From: Eledone cirrhosa
Lineage: Eukaryota
Assembly: GCA_964016885.1 (NCBI GenBank)
Contig: OZ024744.1
Coordinates: 117,614,001-117,678,000 of the forward strand
Direction: 5' to 3'
Length of the DNA stretch: 64,000 bases
Below, in pieces: positions 29,665-38,436 of the stretch. Under the pieces are notes generated by a model. It worked only from the letters and a program-made list of their open reading frames with translations, did not search any database and was not told where the DNA came from. Within the stretch, counting starts at the first letter, position 1; every line of letters begins with the position of its first letter. Both the position numbers and the translations under genes were made by a program.

Positions 29665-29855
29665 AGAATAAGCTTCGCGATTACCATCAACAGAGCTCAG
29701 GGTCAAACCCTAAAAGTGGCTGGCCTTCATCTGGGAAAACCATGGTCAATTGTATGTAGGATGCTCTAGGTTGAGCTCGCCAAACAATCTCTTCATCTTT
29801 TCTCCCGAGGGCCGAACAAAAAAATATTGTATTCTCTGAGGCTCTAACAATGTAA
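29665..29855 (+). pseudogene. C-terminal remnant of Helitron Rep/PIF1-family helicase
   Basis: Manual translation RISFAITINRAQGQTLKVAGLHLGKP / HGQLYVGCSRLSSPNNLFIFSPEGRT / KNIVFSEALTM* matches the PIF1 motifs FAxTINKxQGQT and HGQLYVAxSR. It has two frameshifts and is absent from the ORF track. Confidence 0.9.
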
Positions 29856-30240
29856 TTTATGTATTTTCTGTTACTTGGAATTTCCATTATGGTTGTACAA
29901 ATTATTGTAAAGTTTGTTAAAAAATTTGTTCTCTGTTCAGCCTTTATTGTTGTGGGTATGGTGTGGTGTGTGGTGGCCGGAAGCTGGGGAGTGCTCGACC
30001 GGAAGAGTACTTGACTGGAAGGGTGCTTGGCCGGAAGGGTGCTTGACCGGAAGGGTGCTTGACCGGAAGGGCCAGCAGGTCGGCCTCTCTCTAGCAGTGA
30101 TCAGGAATGTGGTGGACGCAAGTTTTGCAGCTCCTGGTTTTAATGAGTTGGATTGTACGCACATGGAAGAGGAGAAACCAGCCATGGGATCTAGCGGCGC
30201 CTGTGAAAAGCGGTAAGTGAGGTAGCTTTTTCTGGCCACA

Positions 30241-30252
30241 AGCTATTTCGGC
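30241..30252 (+). promoter_or_regulatory. Putative primer-binding site complementary to the first 12 nt of tRNA-Phe(GAA)
   Basis: AGCTATTTCGGC directly follows the 5' LTR's CA. Its reverse complement GCCGAAATAGCT is the 5' end of animal tRNA-Phe as I recall it. Confidence 0.7.
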
Positions 30253-30486
30253 CACATTGATGTGGCTGCAGTCGTCCTTCTTCCTAAGCCAGGTTGCATC
30301 CTCGACCTCAACACCTCCTATCTCCAATGTGACACCCAGCGCTATGCTGCTGGCATCGCACCATACGGTCCCGCTCTGCAATTTGGGAACATACCAGCAT
30401 CCCCGCACGGGGTCATCGGCCTTCACCCTCTCCACGATCTCCTGCATCATGGCCACCGTCCTCTCTCCCACTCTGTCACTCCAGTA
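30247..30486 (-). pseudogene. pol: Inverted RNase H N-terminal segment of Gypsy pol
   Basis: The minus strand encodes GTVWCDASSIALGVTLEIGG..WLRKKDDCSHINVAE (RNase H DAS and E motifs), opposite in orientation to the LTRs and integrase. Confidence 0.85.
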
Positions 30487-30579
30487 GCTTTGTTTTCAAG
30501 AAAGTTTTTTTTTTTGTTTTTTTTTTACAATCAGATCTCAGTTTCCAGTGCCGAAATAGCTTGTGGTCATCGAAATAGC

Positions 30580-31811
30580 ACCATCGAGATATGCACTGAC
30601 TCGGCTACCGTACTCGGATGGGTGAGATCAGTGCTCACCAGTGAGAAGAGAGTGTGAACGAGAGGGGCGGCGGAGATGCTGATAAAGCGCCACCTGGGAA
30701 CTTTAGGAGAGCTGGCCACCGAGTTCGACCTGAGGCTGAGCGTAGTTTTCGTGCTCCCAGAGAAAAATAGGGCGGACATCTTAACCAGGGTGAAGAAAGC
30801 CTGGATGGAAGCGCCGGAGGAGGTAGAAGATGAGATAGCTGCTGTGTGTTGGCTAACCGAGTCGGATCTGAAAGGGTTGCATGACATGCACCACATGGGA
30901 GTGGATAGGACTCTGTTCCTAGCCAGGAGAATTGACTTGGACGTTAACAGACACAGTGTTCAAAGGGTGGTTAGAGGCTGCATCCGATGTCAGTCCATTG
31001 ATCCCGCCCCGGGTGTGCACGAAACGGAAAGCCTCCCAGTGGATCGTGACTTGAAGCAATTGGCGGTGGATGTAACGCACTACCGACAGGGAACATACCT
31101 CTCTATGGTCGACTGTGGACCAGGACGGATGGGGATATGGAGGGAGATGAAGACTGGAACAGCCGAGGAAATCATGCGGACGACGTTGAGAGAGGTGTTC
31201 TTGGAGCAGGGCCCTGTGGACGAACTGCTGATGGACAACAGCGCAGCGTTCCGCTCGGAGGCGCTGAAGTAGATGCTCGATGGATGGAAGGTGGACTGTT
31301 TCTTCAGAGCAGTGTACAGGCCGAGCGGAAATGGAATCGTGGAGGGCACCACCGGACGATCAAAGCAATGGCAGAGCGGGGCCACATCTCACCAATGGAG
31401 GCAGTGTTCTGGTACAACATGTCCCCTCGGGTGGGACAGGTTGAGGAATCGGTGCCACACAGAGCAGTATTTAGATACGAGTGGCGGCACCTGTGCACGC
31501 CACCACAATGGCCAGTGGGGAGAGAGAGTGCATTCGTGCAGGTGGGCGAAGAAGTCTGGGTTAAGCCCCCAGATGCACGTTGCACATCTCAATGGGGAAG
31601 GGGAACGGTGACGGCCGTAAATTCCCAGAACAATGTGTCCGTGGACGGAGTACCACGTCATGTCCTGGATGTCCATAGAATCACTGTCAACGGACTCCGA
31701 GGAAGAGGAAACCCAAAGTGCCGCCCCAACACTGCGGGGATCGCAAAGAAGTCGCAAACCACCAACCTGGACAGCAGACATTCATATGCAGAAGGACGAG
31801 GGGGAAATTGA
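30580..31811 (+). pseudogene. pol: RNase H C-terminus and integrase of Gypsy pol (disrupted)
   Basis: IEICTDSATV (RNase H), HDMHHMG..CIRC zinc finger, AVDVTHY / MDNSAAF / NGIVE DDE triad, and C-terminal VGEEVWVKPP. Stops at about 30655 and 31270 plus a frameshift. Confidence 0.88.
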
Positions 31812-32654
31812 TCCTTGAGATCAGGGAGGGGGGGGGGGGGCGTGTCGGTATGGTGTGGTGTGCGGTGGCTGGAAGCTGGGGGAGTGCTCGACCAGAAGAG
31901 TGCTTGGCTGGAAGGGTGCTTGACCGGAAGGGCCAGCAGGTCGGTCTCTCTCTAGCGGTGATCAGGAACGTGGTGGACGCGAGTTTTGCAGCTCCCGGTT
32001 TTAACGAGTTGGATTGTACGCACGTGGAAGAGGAGAAACCAGCCATGGGATCTAGCGGCGCCTGTGAAAAACGGTAAGTGAGGTAGCTTTTTCTGACCAC
32101 AGTTGTAACTATCAATTTTCTTTAACGTACTGGCTGCTGAACTGGGGAATCCTAAAAACTATTCAAACCCAACATCAGAGCATGTTAACCCCCTCGCTGA
32201 CTTGAGAGGGCGTGCGGTATCTTTGCACTGAAAAGATAAAATGCCGGTATACCTAGCCGGGCGCCAGCCGGATGGGCCAGCTAGTATATTATATTGTACA
32301 CCACACTTTCATCATCATACGTCTGCTTTTCCCTGCTTGTAAGGGTGGGACGGATCCTATTCAGCACAGCATCTCTCCACTAGTCAATTATATATTATAT
32401 TTTATATCATCATTATATATTATATTGTATATCATAGTTATATATATTTTATATCATAGTTATATATTTTACTTATTCCATGTTATTCCATACTAACATA
32501 ACTCCATTAAATCTATATATCTGTATATATACCTGAATCTATACATTTATTTCTTTGTTTATTTGCACAGTTGTATTCTTTAACTTCTGTTTTAATTTCA
32601 TTGTCACTTATTCTTACTTTTGTCTTTATCATCTATCACCTCAAAGACCCTGAA

Positions 32655-32853
32655 ATACAGGACATTCTCTGTACTGCACATCTGACCCCCTTCATATACA
32701 GGACATTCTCTGTACTACCCACCTGACCCCTCATATACAGGACATTCTCTGTACTGCACATCTGACCCCCTCATATACAGGACATTCTCTGTACTACCCA
32801 CCTGACCCCTCATATACAGGACATTCTCTGTACTACACATCTGACGCCCTCAT
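32655..32853. repeat. ~40-bp tandem repeat, 5 copies, alternating variants
   Basis: ATACAGGACATTCTCTGTACT(GCACATC/ACCCACC)TGACCCC(C)TCAT with periods of 39-41 bp. Confidence 0.9.
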
Positions 32854-32919
32854 TCCTTAAATCTTAGCCCCACCTTCCCATATCACCACCTCTCTGTCCC
32901 CTATTAAAATAGTCAACAC

Positions 32920-33580
32920 TCCATCCCCACCTTCACCACTTAATCTACTCCCACCACCACTAAATCTACCCCACCTACACTAAATCTACCCCACCTTCAC
33001 CACTAAATCTACTCCACCTTCACTAAATCTTCCACACCACTGAATCTACCCCACCACTAAATCTACCCCACCACTAAATCTACCCCGCCTTCCCCACTAA
33101 ATCTACCCCACCTTCACCACTTAATCTACCCCACCTTCACCACTTAATCTACCCCACCACCACCACTGAATCTACCCCACCACTAAATCTACCCCACCAC
33201 TAAATCTATCCCACCTTCACCATTAAATCTACCCCATCTTCATAACTAAATCTACCCACCTTCACTAAATCTACCCCACCTTTACCACTGACTCTGCCCC
33301 ACCTTCACCACTAAATCTACCCCACCACCACCACTAATTCTACCCCACCTTCACCACTTAATCTACCCCACCTTCACCACTAAAATACCCCAACTTCACC
33401 ACTAAATCTACCCTAGCACTGAATCTACCCCACCTTCACCACTGAATCTAACCCACCACCACCACCACCACTGAATGTACCCCACCACCACCACTAAATC
33501 TACCCCACCACCACCACCACTGAATCTAACCCACCACCACTGAATCTACTCCACCTCACCACTGAATGTACCCCACCACC
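32920..33580. repeat. C-rich degenerate minisatellite (16-22-bp units)
   Basis: Repeated CACTAAATCTACCCCAC(CTTCAC) with variable CAC insertions. Confidence 0.9.
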
Positions 33581-33873
33581 ATTCCTTCAGTTTCTCAATC
33601 CCTTCTTTCTAGATCCTCCCTTCCCCTCTCCCACCTCTTCACACTTTTTCTTCCCAAAACAACCAATCAAAACAAAGAACAACTGACCACCCCAAATCAA
33701 TAAGAATGGATATATTTTTTAAAGCTGTATACAGATCATTCCGTCATTACTACAACAGAAGTCTGGTGAACTTTTTGATTCCAGAGTTGAACCCAATCAA
33801 TAGAGATCGAAACTTGAACTAATCAATCACGAAACACACGTCACACTTGAATAAACTTAATGAAATTATGTGT

Positions 33874-34000
33874 ATCATCATCATCATCATCATCATCATC
33901 AACGTTTAACGTCCGTGTTCCACGCTTGCATGGGTTTGGACGGGGGTATTCCCACTTGAGGCAAGAGTGGTTGTCTTGCTCGCATAGGACTGTCTGGCGG

Positions 34001-34001
<1 letters not shown>
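33874..34001 (-). mobile_element. 3' tail fragment of the SINE/RTE-tail element
   Basis: Reverse complement of about 29370-29489, including the (CAT)n tail. Confidence 0.8.
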
Positions 34002-34031
<30 letters not shown>

Positions 34032-34032
<1 letters not shown>

Positions 34033-34300
34033 ACAAAGGAAATGTGGTAAGGAACCAGATGGACCATAACGCACCAGAGTACTCGATACTTAGGGTAGTA
34101 GAGTGGGTAATAGGAAAATGGTCAAGACCCCGACGGAAGAGCTCAAGCCGTTTTGACAGCTATTTCTGGCCTCTGTCGAAACAGCTTGAGCTCTGCCGTC
34201 GGGGTTCTGACTCTTTTCCTATTACCCACTCTACTACCCTAAGTATCGAGTACTCTGGTGCGTTATGGTCCATCTGGTTCCTTACCACACTTCCTTCATT
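34032..34300. mobile_element. Fold-back MITE, 128-bp inverted arms with a 13-nt spacer, inserted in (TA)n
   Basis: 34032-34159 is the near-perfect reverse complement of 34173-34300, and TA microsatellite flanks both sides. Confidence 0.85.
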
Positions 34301-34490
34301 ATATATATATATGTAATAATAATAATATTTATACTTATATATGGTTTATATATAATTATAAATATGGAGGGTAGTACTAAGCACTAGCTAATTACCGGTA
34401 AGAGAAAAGGCTCAATGTAAATTATCAAATATATTACAGAGCCGAGATACAAAATATAAAACAATCAAATCTTAGTTTAATACATTTAAT

Positions 34491-34537
34491 TGCTGACAAT
34501 TGTTTCTTCCAGATGAATGTCTGGATTCATCAGAGCA
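34491..34537 (-). ncRNA. Minimal type I hammerhead ribozyme motif (Penelope-type)
   Basis: Minus strand reads UGCU CUGAUGA a-UCCAGA cauuca UCUGGA-a GAAA CAAUUG UC AGCA: stem I, intact CUGAUGA and GAAA core, stem II, palindromic stem III and a GUC cleavage triplet. Confidence 0.8.
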
Positions 34538-34847
34538 TACACAATGTTTAAACAGGTAATTAAAATCCTAGTCTTCAGAACATTTATATAGATACATAAC
34601 TATTGACAGTGTCAGTGACATCATGTAGAAAAGCAGGAGTTACAAAAGGATGTTATGTTACAGATATCACAGTATAAAGAACAATGGTGAAAAGTGAAAT
34701 ATTGAGCATGTTATATATGAAGATATTCTTTAAGGTAATACAGGTGTAAAAGATACAAACAAAAGATGTAAGAGAGGAAAGATAAAAGATATCATAGCAT
34801 TGAAAAGCAGGTAATGTTAAGGGTATATAAGATTACCTGCTTTTGTA

Positions 34848-34894
34848 TGCTCCGATGATTCCAGACATCTGTCTGGAAGAAACAATTGTCAGCA
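34848..34894 (+). ncRNA. Second minimal hammerhead motif, with the core mutated to CCGAUGA
   Basis: UGCU CCGAUGA UUCCAGAC aucu GUCUGGAA GAAA CAAUUG UC AGCA. It lies within the ~95-bp inverted repeat 34446-34540 / 34845-34936. Confidence 0.7.
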
Positions 34895-34948
34895 ATTAAA
34901 TGTAAACGAAGATTTGATAGTTTTATATTTTGTATCTATATATATATC

Positions 34949-35585
34949 GATGTGCCATGGGATCAATTGACAGCCCCAATATATGTGATTTGGTGTGCCT
35001 TTATCTTAGACACACTATGTAATAAGTTCCCTGACTTCTATACAGACCAATATTTTGATGACAGTCTGGCACTATCTTAGACCCACTATCTAATAAATTC
35101 CCTCTATACAGGCCTATATTGTGATGACAGTCTGGCACTATCTTAGACCCACTATCTAATAAATTCCCTCTATACAGGCCTATTTCGTGATGACAGTCTT
35201 GGACTATCTTAGACCCACTATCTAATAAATTCCCTCTATACAGGCCTATATCGTGATGACAGTCTGGCACTATCTTAGACCCACTATCTAATAAATTCCC
35301 TCTATACAGGCCTATTTCGTGATGACAGTCTCGGACTATCCATCCATAAAAGTGGCCATGTCCTCGACACATTTAAAAAAAACCTGATTACTTCCTTCAG
35401 CATGCCTAACATTACTATATCCACCACATACAGACCATTCCACAAACCCAGTTAGAAACTTAGGTACATCCATAAGGACTCTAGCCACCCATCATAGTAA
35501 GAGAGTATCCAACCTCACCTCCAGCAAAGCCATCTTTGATAGGGCAGCAGCCTACTATAATTCAGCACTAAGCAACAGTGACTTC
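34949..35585 (+). pseudogene. Penelope-like retroelement reverse transcriptase remnant
   Basis: Frame-broken translation DV.MGSIDSPNICDLV, GLYRDDSLA, SGHVLDTFKKNLI, TYRPFHKP..YIHKDSSHP and KRVSNLTSSKAIFDRAAAYYNSAL matches PLE RT motifs as I recall them. Confidence 0.8.
35002..35340 (+). repeat. 66-bp tandem repeat (5 copies) spanning the RT YxDD codons
   Basis: TATCTTAGAC recurs at 35002, 35073, 35139, 35205 and 35271. Confidence 0.92.
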
Positions 35586-36491
35586 TCCAAAACACAACAG
35601 TGCTTACAAATAGAAACTGTTCCAGAACCGAAAAGTTGGCATTTTTTTCCTTAAAGATTCTATGTTCTCACTTTGGAGATTTCCTTTTAAAAAATATTTC
35701 AACAGCTTATTTTATTTCTGTGCACTGGCTGGACCTCCTCAGAAGGTAAATTTCTGATTAACTTGTCTACTCCTGGACTCGAATATAAGCTGAGCCTCAC
35801 ACCCATTTTATGTTTGAGAAATGGGCAAAAATCCAAACCCTATTTTTCCATTGATTTTTTTTATGGGATCATATATTCCTTGGCTTATACTTAAGGTATA
35901 TATGATATATCTAATTGATTACTTCACTTACATTTCTATGTCTGTATTTAACTGCTATCACCAACCACTTTACAGAGTGTATCGGGGGCACATATTATGA
36001 ATAAAAGTTTAAATTGATGTTATTTGTAGAATAAAAGGTTAAACATGTTATGCAATGCTGCAATTTTTACCAAATTCCACAGAAGGCATTGAGCCATAGC
36101 AGTAGGTATTTACCAAAGTTGCCATACATTGAATAAAACTTTTTTTTATATAGTTTTGTTTGTATTTTAATTTTAACTTTTGTTTTATTTTTATTTTATC
36201 ATAGTTTTGAATGTCAGTTTTTTATTGTTTTTATATAAAACATAATAAAGTTATTATATTTCACAAAGCTGTTTATACAAAATAACTTTATTCTAGAATT
36301 GAAATAAAGATAGAAGCTTCACTGTAACATTGACTTCATAATATAGTCTAATAATGGGGCTTATATAAACCTACTGGATGTAAAATGTTGGGTATCAGCA
36401 CATCTGGGAGTCTAACCACACCTCTCGTTTGCCAGATAACTATGCTACCATTATGCTAATGCACCCACCCAATTTTTTCTGTTATTTTTAG

Positions 36492-37126
36492 AAGTTATAA
36501 CTTAATAATTGCTTCTACTTTTGGCAGAAGGCCAGCAATTACCCCCAGTGTATTACTGGTACTTTATTTTATCGACCCTCTAAGGATGAAAGGCAAAGTT
36601 AACCTCGATGGGATTTGAACTCAGACCGTAAAGGACGTAACTATGCTGGAAAGCATGGCGTCTGACCCTCCACCGGTACTGCCAATTCACCACCCTTAAG
36701 TTATAACTTAATAATTGTTTCTACTTTTGGCACAAGGCCAGCAATTACCCCAGTACATTACTGGTACTTTATTTTATCGACCCTGTAAGGATGAAAGGCA
36801 AATTTAACCTTGGCGGGATTTGAACTCAGACCGTAAAGGGACGTAACTATGCTGGAAAGCATGGCGTCTGACCCTCTACCGATACTGCCAATCCACCACC
36901 CTTAAGTTATAACTTAATAATTGTTTCTACTTTTGGCACAAGGCCAGCAATTACTCCAGTACATTACTGGTACTTTATTTTATCGACCCTCTACGGATGA
37001 AAGGCAAAGTTAACCTCGATGGGATTTGAACTCAGACCGTAAAGGACGTAACTCTGCTGGAAAGCATGGTGTCTGACCCTCTACTGATACTGCCAATCCA
37101 CCACCCTTAAGTTATAACTTAATAAT
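36492..37126 (-). mobile_element. Head-to-tail trimer of full-length SINEs, each bounded by the same 18-bp target sequence
   Basis: AAGTTATAACTTAATAAT occurs at 36492, 36698, 36904 and 37109, with a period of about 206 bp. Confidence 0.9.
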
Positions 37127-37140
37127 GATATGTAAACAAG

Positions 37141-37580
37141 GGAAATATGTTTGGAAGATGGTGAGTGAAGTTTAGATTTGAAAGAGAAGCTTTGCCAGAA
37201 CAATGACTACATAATACAGTCTAATATTGATATTAAGTAATAGAAAAAGCTGTATGGGTTAATTGGTGTAATGGTAGCCTACTTGTCCGCCAAACGAGAC
37301 GTGTCCTGAAACCCATCTTTTTTTCATCCAGTGGGTTTATACACCCCATTATTAGACTATATTAGACTATATTAAGGGCGGTGAAATGGCAGTATCGGTA
37401 GAGGGTCGGACATGCTTTCCAGCATAGTTACGTCCCTCTACGATCTGAGTTCAAATCTGGCCTTTCATCCTTACGGGGTTAATAAAATAAAGTACCAGTA
37501 ACGTACTATGTAGTCAAAGTTATTGCGAAGCTTCTATTTCAATTCTAAAACTTCACTCACTGCTTTCCAAACATATTTCC
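37141..37580. mobile_element. Degenerate TIR element (MITE-like) with a SINE inserted at about 37374-37507
   Basis: GGAAATATGTTTGGAAG..GTGAGTGAAGTTT..GAAGCTT..TGACTACATA at the left end is inverted at 37507-37580. A related inverted partial copy lies at about 36296-36470. Confidence 0.55.
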
Positions 37581-37614
37581 TAACTTTATTTTGTATTTGT
37601 GAGTTTTATATCTA

Positions 37615-37762
37615 ATAATAATTGTTTCTACTTTAGGCACAAGGCCAGCAATTACCCAGTGCATTACAGGTACTTTATTTTATCGACCCCGTAAGGATGA
37701 AAGGCAAAGTCAACCTCGGCGGGATTTGAACTCAGATTGTAAAGGGACGTAACTATGCTGGA
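37615..37762 (-). mobile_element. 5'-truncated SINE
   Basis: Reverse complement of the SINE body, including the B-box (GGGATTTGAACTC). Confidence 0.85.
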
Positions 37763-38436
37763 ATTTGAGTTGTTTCCAAGCAAACAGCCTCATTACACTG
37801 TCTTTTAGATGACCATTGCCATCCTTTTGTTCACTATGTTAGAGCAAAAAACTAAATTTCTTACTTTATTCTGTTTTATGAAGAAAAAAAAAGGTAGCTA
37901 GTTAAATCTGTGATAACTGGAATCCTGTCCAGGCAGAGAGTTGGGTAATATCCATATACAGATGTCTATCACGGCTCAGTTCTCACCACATTTCTGTTTA
38001 TTTTAGTTCTCCAGACCATAACAGGAATTTAACCTTTTAGCATTTAAACTGGCCATATCCGGCTACGCTTCTCTCACCTCTTTCTATTCAAACCAACTGT
38101 AACTGGCCACTCATACTGATATTTTCCCCAAAATAAATGATATCAAAATCTCATAGATTCGATATTATGTGAGATATTATGTGAAGTAAAAATACAAGAG
38201 TATATATAGAGTAATTTCTTTATTTGCCACCAGGGCACAAAAGGTAGGGACAGATACAAGGGGGGAAGTTTACATATAATTAACGAGTAAAAATGAAATA
38301 ACAACAACAAACGAAGTCTTCAATAGGGAGGGGGCATTAACATGGGTCGCACACACCCCGGAAAAAATGTGCAGCCCTTCTCCTCAGGAGCACAAAGAGC
38401 AGGTGCTTCCCTCGTCTCCTCTTTTTCCTCTTTCAT

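Larger units (their letters stand above)
29951..32101 (+). mobile_element. Internally deleted and partly inverted Ty3/Gypsy-like LTR retrotransposon
   Basis: LTRs at 29951-30240 (290 bp) and 31843-32101 (259 bp), both TG...CA. Imperfect 5-bp TSD ATTGT/GTTGT, PPT at 31824-31840, RNase H and integrase remnants present. gag, protease and RT are missing. Confidence 0.93.
27580..32284 (+). mobile_element. Non-autonomous composite Helitron
   Basis: 5' A|TCTACATTATAAAGCTG, a 3' GC-rich hairpin (CCGGGCGCCAGCCGG) followed by CTAG|T, no TSD, insertion at AT inside a minisatellite, and an internal PIF1 helicase C-terminal remnant. Confidence 0.85.

Noticed and set aside
34150-34192. Hammerhead-like GAAACAGCT at the centre of the fold-back element
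   Set aside because: There is no CUGANGA upstream of the stem and no NUH/stem I geometry.
35001-35372. 123-aa repetitive ORF on the minus strand
   Set aside because: It is an antisense read-through of the 66-bp PLE-derived repeat.
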